A DNA stretch of 64,000 nucleotides, taken from Clostridia bacterium. Lineage in GTDB: Bacteria > Bacillota > Clostridia > Acetivibrionales > JAFADI01. The DNA is taken from assembly GCA_026417615.1 (NCBI GenBank), contig JAOACY010000033.1, forward strand, positions 464 through 64,463. Reading direction: 5' to 3'. Position 1 is the stretch's first letter, and the number at the start of each line of letters is the position of its first letter. A program made the position numbers and the translations under genes. Below, one piece after another: positions 27,922 through 36,524 of this stretch. Below the pieces are notes generated by a model. That model saw only the letters and a list, made by a program, of their open reading frames with translations. It was not told the DNA's origin and did not search any database.

Positions 27922-27982
27922 TAAAAAGGAATATCTTATATGACATTCCTTTTCATTAAATTACAATAGAGGGGAAGCTGCA

Positions 27983-28381
27983 ATGTTATCGGAACTGCTG
28001 TCAAAAAAAACAATTAATCAGTTCAAAAAGTACCTGTTCACGGGTCTATCCGCTGCCGCCCTTGAATATGGTTTATTTAACCTTTTGATTTGGAGCGGTC
28101 TTGCCACATATCTGGCAGCTCACACCGTCAGCATGCTGGCAGGCTTCTTCCTGAGCTTTTTCCTTAATAAGTACTGGTCCTTCGGGTCATTAGGAAATAC
28201 AGCAAGGCAACTGACCTTAACGGGAGCCTTGTTCATAATTAACTTGGGTATATCCAACCTCCTTATGTATCTGCTGGTGGATAAGCTGGGTTTTATTTCC
28301 CAGCTGTCCAAGCTTGGGGTAATGGCTCTTATTGTTTTGTGGAATTTTATTCTTTTTAAAAAGATTATTTACAGGTCATAA
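27983..28381 (+). CDS. GtrA-family membrane protein
   Basis: 132 aa with four predicted TM segments and the KYWSF motif typical of GtrA-like proteins. Confidence 0.75.
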   Translation: MLSELLSKKTINQFKKYLFTGLSAAALEYGLFNLLIWSGLATYLAAHTVSMLAGFFLSFFLNKYWSFGSLGNTARQLTLTGALFIINLGISNLLMYLLVDKLGFISQLSKLGVMALIVLWNFILFKKIIYRS

Positions 28382-28539
28382 ACCACACTTCTACAGCATT
28401 CTTCCCATATGGAAGCAAACAGACAAGGACCCTGTAAACCTGTTTTGAAATTAATAATTTTTTCGGTGCAATCCAATTCTTTTTTTACACGTATAAAAAC
28501 AAGACCGCAGTTCAAATAAACCATGGTCTTGTTTTTTGT

Positions 28540-28624
28540 TGGTGGGAGGAGATGGATTCGAACCATCGAAGTCAGAGACAACAGATTTACAGTCTGCCCC
28601 CTTTGGCCGCTCGGGAATCCTCCC
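28540..28624 (-). tRNA. tRNA-Tyr (GTA), long variable arm, encoded CCA
   Basis: The reverse complement GGGAGGATTCCCGAGCGG...GCAGACTGTAAATCTGT...GATGGTTCGAATCCATCTCCTCCCACCA folds as a cloverleaf. Anticodon loop is CTGTAAA. Confidence 0.9.
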
Positions 28625-28694
28625 ATATTCAATTAGCCTGCTTTGCAACTCCTTGACTTTGTAATTCAAAGCCCTGTCGCTATCGACGAAGTAT

Positions 28695-28724
28695 ATATTA
28701 ACACGGAGTTAACCATGCTGTCAA
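28695..28724 (-). promoter_or_regulatory. Candidate promoter for tRNA-Tyr
   Basis: Minus strand reads TTGACA-18 nt-TAATAT, about 70 nt upstream of the mature 5' end. Confidence 0.5.
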
Positions 28725-28769
28725 CACTTTTCTTCAAAGAAAAACATTCCAAATATATGTTAAGTGGTA

Positions 28770-28806
28770 TAAAAACGTGTAGTCCGCATTTGTGCAAACT
28801 ACACGT
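28770..28806 (-). terminator. Terminator after the tRNA Glu-Asp-Thr unit
   Basis: ACGTGTAGT-ttgcacaaatgcgg-ACTACACGT followed by TTTTT on the minus strand. Confidence 0.65.
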
Positions 28807-28809
28807 TTT

Positions 28810-28885
28810 TGGAGCTGGTGGACGGAATCGAACCCCCGACCTGCTGATTACAAGTCAGCTGCTCTACCTGCTGAGCTACACCAGC
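28810..28885 (-). tRNA. tRNA-Thr (TGT), encoded CCA
   Basis: The reverse complement is GCTGGTGTAGCTCAGCAGGTAGAGCAGCTGACTTGTAATCAGCAGGTC...CACCAGCTCCA. Anticodon loop is CTTGTAA. There is one G-G mismatch in the T stem. Confidence 0.85.
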
Positions 28886-28889
28886 ATAT

Positions 28890-28965
28890 TGGCGACCCGG
28901 AAGGGGCTCGAACCCTCGACCTCTAGCGTGACAGGCTAGCGTTCTGACCAACTGAACTACCGGGC
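28890..28965 (-). tRNA. tRNA-Asp (GTC), encoded CCA
   Basis: The reverse complement is GGCCCGGTAGTTCAGTTGGTCAGAACGCTAGCCTGTCACGCTAGAGGTCGAGGGTTCGAGCCCCTTCCGGGTCGCCA. Confidence 0.9.
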
Positions 28966-29039
28966 CAAAAACTACAGATATCAGAAATCAGATTAATATT
29001 CACCTATGAAGGTAGCTAGAATTCTGTTCTCTGCTTTTT

Positions 29040-29114
29040 TGGTGACCCATAGGGGACTCGAACCCCTGTTACCGCCGTGAAAGGGCGGTGTCTTAACCGC
29101 TTGACCAATGGGCC
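29040..29114 (-). tRNA. tRNA-Glu (TTC), encoded CCA
   Basis: The reverse complement is GGCCCATTGGTCAAGCGGTTAAGACACCGCCCTTTCACGGCGGTAACAGGGGTTCGAGTCCCCTATGGGTCACCA. Confidence 0.9.
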
Positions 29115-29155
29115 TCATATTTATGCCGCCTGCATCTCAATCGGCGACAAAGTAT

Positions 29156-29184
29156 ATTTTAATGGGGCACAACAAAAAAGTCAA
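29156..29184 (-). promoter_or_regulatory. Candidate promoter of the tRNA Glu-Asp-Thr unit
   Basis: Minus strand reads TTGACT-17 nt-TAAAAT, about 40 nt upstream of tRNA-Glu. Confidence 0.55.
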
Positions 29185-29230
29185 GTAAAAATAATAAAAT
29201 TTAGCTAGTATTTTTTGTCACCCGAGATGT

Positions 29231-29815
29231 TCAAAAAATAAACACCCCCAAAAATCCTGCAGCAGCAATAATAAAAACAGGCTGGACTTTTGTCTTCAAC
29301 AGTATCAAGAATGTGGCAGCGGCAATAAGCAGGCTCTTCAATTCAAAAAATCCCCCAAAAAGAGAAATGTATATACCATTCTGGATGCAAGCTGCGGGAA
29401 CAGTGCCAAGCATCCCGTTTTTCAACGCTATGCTGATGCCTGCATACAGTATAATGCCTGTTATTACCGGCCTGAGCCCATTCAATGCATATTGTACGAT
29501 AGGGTGGTTATAGGCTTTAAAAAAAAAGGTAGCCACTATTACAACTATTACTGCGCATGGTACGGCAATACCAAGGCAGGCTGCTATGGCTCCGGGCACT
29601 CCGGCCACTTTATATCCAAGGCCTACGGCGGCGTTTACCGCAACAGGCCCGGGAGACATTCCTGCGATGGCAATTATATTGGTCAGTTCTGATGCACTGC
29701 CCCATCCATTTTGCTCCGATGCCTTAATCATACTTGGGAACATAACATAGCCGCCGCCAAAAGCAAAAGTGCAGAGCCTGGCAAACATAAAAAACAACTG
29801 GAATAGCAAATTCAT
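29231..29815 (-). CDS. Chromate-transporter (CHR) family protein, short-chain half 2
   Basis: 194 aa polytopic protein with an FGGGYVMFP motif. Overlaps the upstream half by 4 nt. Confidence 0.85.
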   Translation of the reverse strand: MNLLFQLFFMFARLCTFAFGGGYVMFPSMIKASEQNGWGSASELTNIIAIAGMSPGPVAVNAAVGLGYKVAGVPGAIAACLGIAVPCAVIVVIVATFFFKAYNHPIVQYALNGLRPVITGIILYAGISIALKNGMLGTVPAACIQNGIYISLFGGFFELKSLLIAAATFLILLKTKVQPVFIIAAAGFLGVFIF

Positions 29816-30414
29816 TGCTTATGACCTTCCTTATTATTTATTTTTTCATGACTTGCGGCTTTAAAAAGAGACCTTCCAAAGCCAATTGCTATTCCAGCAG
29901 CCGCACCGCAAATAATAAGCGGTATTGGATCAATATGCAGCAGCAGTGAGGCCAAAAAGGCTATAATGCCTATGGCAATACTCGTTACATCCTTTATGGA
30001 GACCCTGGCAATCTTGTATGAGGCAAATAATATAAGTCCCACTATTACGGGATAAATACCGCTGAAGGCTGAACGTACCGCAGGGTATGTACTGTATTTT
30101 GAAAACACGGCAGAAAGCAGCAGTACAAGAAGCACCGACGGAGTAAGGTTGCCAAGGAGGCCTGCGATAGCACCTGGTATTCGGGCAATAGAAAATCCGA
30201 CAAAAGTGGAGCAGTTCAATGCAATGGCTCCTGGCAATGATTCTGAAACAGCGAAAATATCAACTATTTTCTCCTTGTCCACCCAATTCCTGCAATGTAC
30301 AACCTCTCTTTCAATAAGCGGAATCATTGAGTAGCCCCCCCCAAAGCTAATACTGCCCAGCTTAAAAAAAGAAAGGTATATTTGGACTAATAGTTTATAG
30401 TCGATTTTTGTCAT
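29812..30414 (-). CDS. Chromate-transporter (CHR) family protein, short-chain half 1
   Basis: FGGGYSMIPLIE motif. I prefer ATG 30414 (RBS AAGGAAGGGG 5 nt upstream) over the TTG at 30432. Confidence 0.85.
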   Translation of the reverse strand: MTKIDYKLLVQIYLSFFKLGSISFGGGYSMIPLIEREVVHCRNWVDKEKIVDIFAVSESLPGAIALNCSTFVGFSIARIPGAIAGLLGNLTPSVLLVLLLSAVFSKYSTYPAVRSAFSGIYPVIVGLILFASYKIARVSIKDVTSIAIGIIAFLASLLLHIDPIPLIICGAAAGIAIGFGRSLFKAASHEKINNKEGHKQ

Positions 30415-30515
30415 AGATACCCCTTCCTTCAAGTTTTATTTTTACCGTTCTGGTCATAAGTTTTCATAAACAAATGTATATTTAACTACATTAACACTTA
30501 AAAACCTGCTTGAAA

Positions 30516-31634
30516 TCAATTTCCTGAAATCAACCTGGCTGCCGAAGCAAGCCTGTTTGCCGAATACTCAAAAAACTCCTTGAAAGAGCTGCAGAAATAG
30601 TTCAAACCCGGAACCCCATCTATAAAAGGCTCTCTATCCCGCCTGCAGCCACCCCTGCAAAGATTAAACCATCTGCATTCCCTGCACATGGGATCAATAT
30701 GCCTCGATACCATTGAGAACCTGTTTGCGGCTTCACTAAGCTTTAGACTTTCCAAGTCCATTTCGTTTATATTGCCCATGTACCATTCATCAGTTACATA
30801 GAAATCGCAGGGATATACACCCCCGTCTGCCTCAATGGTAAAGTAAGAGCTGCATACTCCCGACATTCCGCAGGATTCCGGCGGATAGCCAAGGATCATC
30901 CCCATCAGGTTGTCAAAATACCTGATGCTGACCATATCTCCTTTTAATATGTCGTTGTACCATTCGTCAAAAAGGCCTTTTAGGGAATCAGCATACCTCC
31001 TTGGTGTAAGGGAATGGGCATAAGCTCCCGGAGCCTGACCCAAAGGGTCAAGGCAGGGGATAAACTGAAGATATCTGAAACCGTTCTTTTTAAAAAAATT
31101 GTATACCTTTTTTACATGCCTTGCCACATTGGAATTCACAACACATAGTATGTTGTAATCCACTCCATGCCTGTTGAAAAGACCGGCAGCTCTCATCACC
31201 CTGTTAAAAGAGCCCTTAAAGCCATGATCTACACGCATCTCATCATGAATTTCCTTCGGCCCGTCCAGCGACACCCCCACAAGAAACCCGTTGGAAGACA
31301 GGAAATCCGCCCACCGGTTATCAATAGCCATGCCATTTGTCTGAAGTGCATAGTTTATCTTGATTTTCCTTGCATTGTATTTACTGACCAGATGAATTAA
31401 ATTCCGGTAAAAATCAAGCCCCGCAAGGGTGGGCTCTCCTCCCTGAAAAGCGAAGGTACAGCTTCCTTGTGCACATTCCAGGCCTTTTTTTACTATGCTT
31501 TCCAGGGTTTCATCCTTCATAAGTCCGTAGGAGCTGACCAATCGGCTTTCAGCTATGGAATGATAAAAGCAGTACCTGCATCGCAGATTGCAAAGACTTG
31601 AGGCAGGCTTTATCAAAAAGCTCACGGCATTCAT
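30516..31634 (-). CDS. Radical SAM / SPASM-domain maturase (anaerobic sulfatase-maturating enzyme-like)
   Basis: CNLRCRYCFY radical SAM motif at the N-terminus. C-terminal SPASM cysteines (CGMSGVC...GGVYPCDF...CRECRWFNLCRGGCRRD). Confidence 0.85.
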   Translation of the reverse strand: MNAVSFLIKPASSLCNLRCRYCFYHSIAESRLVSSYGLMKDETLESIVKKGLECAQGSCTFAFQGGEPTLAGLDFYRNLIHLVSKYNARKIKINYALQTNGMAIDNRWADFLSSNGFLVGVSLDGPKEIHDEMRVDHGFKGSFNRVMRAAGLFNRHGVDYNILCVVNSNVARHVKKVYNFFKKNGFRYLQFIPCLDPLGQAPGAYAHSLTPRRYADSLKGLFDEWYNDILKGDMVSIRYFDNLMGMILGYPPESCGMSGVCSSYFTIEADGGVYPCDFYVTDEWYMGNINEMDLESLKLSEAANRFSMVSRHIDPMCRECRWFNLCRGGCRRDREPFIDGVPGLNYFCSSFKEFFEYSANRLASAARLISGN

Positions 31635-32848
31635 AATATCACTCTTTTTCCTAAAATATTCTCAACCACCATGGCAGCAGCACCAACTGCAATGGCATCC
31701 TCTCCAAAGTACCCGCCTTTCATGAAGACGACTCTCTTTTCTCTGTGCAGGTAGTACTTCCGGGAGGCTATGCCAGTACTTACCTCGTAGAACAGTTCCG
31801 AGTGTTTTACCAGGGGTCCGCTTAGTATAACCATGTCAGGATTTAGAAGATTGATAAAGTTGGCAAGGCCCGTTCCAAATATAACGGCCGCATCTGCAAT
31901 AATCTCTTTTGCAAGCTCGTCCTGTCCATCTGCCGCTGCACATATATCGGTGTATCTTATTTCATCAATTGTTTTGGAGATATTGGAATGCCTTCCCTTT
32001 TTCAACGCTGCTTTAAAGCTGTTGACTATTGCAGGTATGGAGGAATAGGCTTCAACGCACCCAAAGTTTCCGCAGCTGCAGTTCCTCCCGTCAACATCTA
32101 CAACCATATGTCCAAAAGCATCCTCAGCATCATTTATTGTCCTCACCAGGCTACCGCAGGAAACTGCTCCTGTTCTTATGCCTATACCGCAAATGAAACA
32201 AGAGATGTTTTTTAGATTTTTGCCGGTGCCAAAGAGATATTCTGCAAGGACAGCCGTATTGGCTCCATTATCTATAATAACGTCAAGTCCCAGGCTTTCC
32301 TCCAGCAGTTGCCTTATGGGAACGTCCACCCATCCTGCTGAAGAAAAGTTGGCAGCATTAAGTATTGTTCCCTTTTTTCTGTCAAGAGGGCCTACAGTTC
32401 CCAAACCTGCGCCGATTATTCTATCCCTTTCCATTCCCGGGTATGAAAAAGCTTTGTCCAAAATACCCCGAATCCTGTACACAACTTCAGAAGGTGATGA
32501 TAAAGCTTCCATTTCAAATCTCTCACGGAAAACTATCTTCGCCTTAATATCTGATATAATAACTTCCACATGCAACCTTGATATATCTATGCCTACCGTA
32601 AGAAAATCAGCAGTATTTACATCATAGAGCACCGGCTTTCTGCCGCCTGAGGATTCCCCTATGCCGGTTTGCGCAATAAGCCTTGCATCCTGCATTGGCT
32701 GCATGACGCGGTTCAATGTGGTAAGCTTCATGCCAGTAATATTCAACACTTCAGCTTTTGTAAGAGGACCGTTTTTTTGCAAAATATCGAATACTCTTAC
32801 AGCTTCCTCATCCATGGAATGCATCAGTTCTGAAAATTTCCCCGACAT
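31631..32848 (-). CDS. ROK-family transcriptional regulator
   Basis: N-terminal winged HTH (GPLTKAEVLNITGMKLTTLNRVM) plus the ROK Zn motif CSCGNFGCVEAY. 4-nt overlap with the downstream radical SAM gene. Confidence 0.85.
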   Translation of the reverse strand: MSGKFSELMHSMDEEAVRVFDILQKNGPLTKAEVLNITGMKLTTLNRVMQPMQDARLIAQTGIGESSGGRKPVLYDVNTADFLTVGIDISRLHVEVIISDIKAKIVFRERFEMEALSSPSEVVYRIRGILDKAFSYPGMERDRIIGAGLGTVGPLDRKKGTILNAANFSSAGWVDVPIRQLLEESLGLDVIIDNGANTAVLAEYLFGTGKNLKNISCFICGIGIRTGAVSCGSLVRTINDAEDAFGHMVVDVDGRNCSCGNFGCVEAYSSIPAIVNSFKAALKKGRHSNISKTIDEIRYTDICAAADGQDELAKEIIADAAVIFGTGLANFINLLNPDMVILSGPLVKHSELFYEVSTGIASRKYYLHREKRVVFMKGGYFGEDAIAVGAAAMVVENILGKRVIL

Positions 32849-32977
32849 TGGTGTTCCTCATTCTCTTTATTATATTGTTAAGTATAATACCTTTTTGCCA
32901 TTTTGGCAATAAGTTATTAAAAATAAAGGGAAATCTTCCCCTTTTTCCGTACTTATATGCTTAAAACCAAAGTCGAA

Positions 32978-33859
32978 TCAAAGTTTATTTACATCCAACG
33001 CAGCATTTGATTTGCTCAAACCTTCAATAAAACTGTCCCTTTTGTTAAGAAGCACATTGACAAAAAGACTTTCCAAAAGGCATAACTCCGCAACCCTTTT
33101 TGACATCACTTCCCCTTTGACATGCTCTGTAAAGGCAGCAGTTAGAAGGACGATATCGGAATTTTTGGCAAGGGGCGATATAGGGTAGTTTGTGATACTT
33201 ATTACCGTAGCACCTGTCACCCTTGAGTATTTAACCACATCAACAACGCTCTTTGTTCTGCCCGAATGAGATATTGCTATAACAACATCGCCCTTATTTA
33301 AATGCGATACTGTTATCAGCTGAATATCAGGATCGGCAGATGCATATACACAGGCACCCGCCCTGATAAACTTCTGAAAGCCTGAAAAGGCTACGTTGGC
33401 TGCATCTCCGACCCCGCACAGCACTATCTTGCCAGAATTTGAAATAGCTTCTACAGCTTTTTTATACTCGTTTTTATCAATAACATTCAATGTATCCTCC
33501 AAAGCCTGGATTGAGGTTTTAAAAACCTTATTTATTACAGAGTCATAGGAGTCTTCCTCAGTAATCCCCTCATACAGCGCCGTAGTTTTACCTTCTCTGC
33601 CCTTTCCAAGGCTTGTTTTAAGTTCCGGATAACCGCTGTAACCCAGCTTCCTGGCAAGCCGCACAAAGGTTGCCTCGCTGCAGCCTGCTGCTTCCGCGGC
33701 CTCCACGATTGTAGCCTGGGAAAAAAATTCCGGTCTGTCCAAAAGAAGATCTGCAGCCTTTTTCTCTGCAGTCTTCAATGAATCGTATATGGCCTTAAGC
33801 TTCACCAGTATGCTGTGTGGTATCAATTCTGCATTTTGTTCGCTTATCCTTATCGGCAT
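32978..33859 (-). CDS. RpiR/MurR-family transcriptional regulator (HTH plus SIS)
   Basis: HTH_6-like N-terminus (TIVEAAEAAGCSEATFVRLARKLGYSGYPELK) and a C-terminal SIS domain (LCGVGDAANVA). Confidence 0.85.
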   Translation of the reverse strand: MPIRISEQNAELIPHSILVKLKAIYDSLKTAEKKAADLLLDRPEFFSQATIVEAAEAAGCSEATFVRLARKLGYSGYPELKTSLGKGREGKTTALYEGITEEDSYDSVINKVFKTSIQALEDTLNVIDKNEYKKAVEAISNSGKIVLCGVGDAANVAFSGFQKFIRAGACVYASADPDIQLITVSHLNKGDVVIAISHSGRTKSVVDVVKYSRVTGATVISITNYPISPLAKNSDIVLLTAAFTEHVKGEVMSKRVAELCLLESLFVNVLLNKRDSFIEGLSKSNAALDVNKL

Positions 33860-33884
33860 TGATATAACACCTCTTTAGGCATCC

Positions 33885-35390
33885 TTACAATCTTTTGTTG
33901 ATATTTTTAAGTGTATCATATATTTCCCTGTACACACCATACTTTTCGTTATATAATACATTTGCCTCTTTATCAGGATAATAAGTGTCCTTGAGAGAAA
34001 CTGTTTTTTTGACTGCTTCGTCAAGGCTGCTGTATCCCCCTGCAGCCGTTCCTGCAAGCAACGCAGCTCCAAGGCATGCGGCCTCCCGTACCTTCAAGGT
34101 GGAGACTGTACAACCTGTAACATCAGCCTTTATCTGGAGCCACATCGGAGACTTCGCACCGCCTCCGACGGATCTTAGATTAGTTATGTTTATACCTGCG
34201 TTTCTCATCGTTTCAATGTTGATCCTTAGTTCATAAGTCAAACTATCTAAAATTCCTTTAACAATGTCATGCCTTGTTGTAGCCATTGTCAAGCCAAGAA
34301 ATGCACCCTTTGAGTCAAGATCGCACCACGGGGTTCCGCTTCCGTTAAAATGTGGGAGTACAAGTACCGATGAAGGTCCCTTGGGAGCCTTCGTCTCCAT
34401 AAGCTGGTAAGCCCCCATTCCTTTTGCTTCTGCTTCAGCTACTTCTGCATGGCCAAGGTTATCCCTGTACCATTTGAATAGTATGCCGCCAATATGGTTT
34501 AATGCGAAAGTAAAGTACATACCGTTTTTTGCATGGCAGTAGCATGGGTAATACCCCCCATACATCTGATCATTGAGCATAGGTTTGTTGAAGGCTGCAG
34601 AAAGCACTTCCGCCGTACCATGAGAGTCAATTGCGATATTCTCTTCCACCACCCCCGCCCCAAGCGCTGCACAAGGCTGGTCATGCCCGCCTGCTACCAG
34701 CAGCATCCTTTTGGATACACCAAGTTCATCAGCAATAGCAGGGTTTATCTCCCCCACAATTTCACCCGAAGGAACAGCCTTTGAAAACTGTTCAATGCTT
34801 ACTCCTGTTTTTCCCAGAATATGTCTTGACCATTCTTTTTTTTCAAGCTCAAAAGCCATGGTTCTTGAGGCCATTGTGTAATCTATAACAGGCTCCGAAC
34901 CAAGCCTGGAAAGTATAAAATCAGCATAGGTCATGAACTTGTAGGTTCTTGAAAAAATTTCAGGAGTGTTCTCCATAAACCACAGTATCTTTGTAAGAGA
35001 ATTCATGGGGTGGGGCCTCATACCCGTAGTATCAAATAATTGCCTGTCTCCGAAAATCCTTGCGCACTCCTGAGCCTGCTTTGCAGATCGGTAGTCCATT
35101 CCCAGGAGAGTATTGTGCAGAGGCTTTTTATCCCTGTCCACAGGGATTATTGCATCCCCTTGGACAGACAGGCTCAGAGCTTTTATGTCCTTTATTCCGC
35201 TTTCAGCGACTGCCTGCCTGATAACAAGCCTTGTAAGCTGCCATACCTTCTCCGGGTCCTGCTCAGCCCATCCCGGCTTCTCACATATTACATCATACTC
35301 TTGAAAGCCGTAGCCTTTAATATTACCTTCCAAATCAAACACAACAGCCTTGGTACCGGTAGTGCCCACATCAAGTCCTATCAAGTGCAT
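33885..35390 (-). CDS. FGGY-family carbohydrate kinase (cluster 1)
   Basis: GLDVGTTGTKAVVF N-terminal ATPase motif and GGGAKSPMWLQIKADV C-terminal motif. I prefer ATG 35390 over the GTG at 35399. Confidence 0.9.
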   Translation of the reverse strand: MHLIGLDVGTTGTKAVVFDLEGNIKGYGFQEYDVICEKPGWAEQDPEKVWQLTRLVIRQAVAESGIKDIKALSLSVQGDAIIPVDRDKKPLHNTLLGMDYRSAKQAQECARIFGDRQLFDTTGMRPHPMNSLTKILWFMENTPEIFSRTYKFMTYADFILSRLGSEPVIDYTMASRTMAFELEKKEWSRHILGKTGVSIEQFSKAVPSGEIVGEINPAIADELGVSKRMLLVAGGHDQPCAALGAGVVEENIAIDSHGTAEVLSAAFNKPMLNDQMYGGYYPCYCHAKNGMYFTFALNHIGGILFKWYRDNLGHAEVAEAEAKGMGAYQLMETKAPKGPSSVLVLPHFNGSGTPWCDLDSKGAFLGLTMATTRHDIVKGILDSLTYELRINIETMRNAGINITNLRSVGGGAKSPMWLQIKADVTGCTVSTLKVREAACLGAALLAGTAAGGYSSLDEAVKKTVSLKDTYYPDKEANVLYNEKYGVYREIYDTLKNINKRL

Positions 35391-35400
35391 ACCTTCCACC

Positions 35401-36510
35401 TCACTTTAAAAGAATATCCGGAAGAGAAATCTTTTTATCCTTGTAGTTGTACTCTTTTACGGGCCAATTTCCCGATACCGAGACAACCTCCTGGCTGCTG
35501 CCGTTTCCTATGGTTAACTCTTCAACCTTGACGCCTGTTATTGTAATGAACCAGTCATATGCCTGATTGGGAAGAACCACGTTTTCAGGATTCAAACAAA
35601 GAGACGCATCACCAACCACATATCCTGTTACGCCTCCCTGGTAATGGTATCTCCATTCTTCCTCAAATCCCAGTTCCTTGTATAGCCTTTTCTGTTCATC
35701 CAGTATATCGCTGAACCTGGTGCCGGTTGTACACATTGATATGACTGCCGCCTCTATGGTGCTTACAGCGTCGTACTTCGTGCTAATTTCAGCAGGTACT
35801 CTGTCCCCAAAATACACAAGTCTCGTCACATTGGCATGCAGTCCCCACTTTTTAACCGCGGGATGCAATAATACATACTTATCAATTTTCTTATCAGAAG
35901 GGTTCGGATGCCTGTATTTGGAAATTCGCTCATCGCTTCCTATAAGAAGTACATCCTGGTATATATTATACCGCCCATATTCATAAAGGAACATAGCTGC
36001 TACTTCATATTCCGTCATTCCTGGCCTGACTTCGGCAGCAACCTTTGCAATAATTTCTTCGGTCTTGGCTCCAAGCCATCTGAGCTTCTCAATTTCCTTT
36101 TGCGTCAAAGGATATTGGAGCTTAAAGAACTCCCTGGGTAAAAATTCTGTTCCCTTTATGGGCATATCCGATATTATCCTTCCGCCCATAACAAGTTCCA
36201 CGGCTTTTTCCTCCCTGGACTGTTCATACCAGCGCAGCGGCACATATTCAAAGTCCAGGCCTGCAAGTTCATCCTCCATTATGCGGCTGCCGTCCATAAC
36301 CTGCGCTACCAGATATTTTTTATCCTTTGTAACCACTATGACCCCAAATCCATATTCCGTAGATATAATTACCCTGTTGTCTCCTCCGTCAGTTATCCAA
36401 GCGAAATTGTCCTGACGCCCGATTATCATTGCGTCATAGTTGTTTGCCTCAAGGTATTTCCTCACCTTGTCAATTTTAAAATTAACTTCATTTACATCAG
36501 GCCTGTTCAT
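35401..36510 (-). CDS. Creatinase/prolidase-fold (M24-like) protein, possibly non-peptidase
   Basis: 369 aa. Creatinase_N-like N-terminus (KVRKYLEANNYDAMIIGRQDNFAWITDG) and a pita-bread-like C-terminal half. I do not see the canonical HxGHGxG...HE metal motif. Confidence 0.55.
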   Translation of the reverse strand: MNRPDVNEVNFKIDKVRKYLEANNYDAMIIGRQDNFAWITDGGDNRVIISTEYGFGVIVVTKDKKYLVAQVMDGSRIMEDELAGLDFEYVPLRWYEQSREEKAVELVMGGRIISDMPIKGTEFLPREFFKLQYPLTQKEIEKLRWLGAKTEEIIAKVAAEVRPGMTEYEVAAMFLYEYGRYNIYQDVLLIGSDERISKYRHPNPSDKKIDKYVLLHPAVKKWGLHANVTRLVYFGDRVPAEISTKYDAVSTIEAAVISMCTTGTRFSDILDEQKRLYKELGFEEEWRYHYQGGVTGYVVGDASLCLNPENVVLPNQAYDWFITITGVKVEELTIGNGSSQEVVSVSGNWPVKEYNYKDKKISLPDILLK

Positions 36511-36524
36511 AAAACACCTCCATT

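Noticed and set aside
27577-27982. T-box or lysine (L-box) riboswitch leader for dapF-dapL-tyrS.
   Set aside because: I could not find a T-box consensus, specifier/antiterminator architecture or L-box core. The good promoter leaves only a leader of about 40 nt.
28369-28939. Track ORFs 28369..28632, 28451..28669 and 28643..28939.
   Set aside because: They overlap tRNA-Tyr, tRNA-Thr and tRNA-Asp and their spacers.
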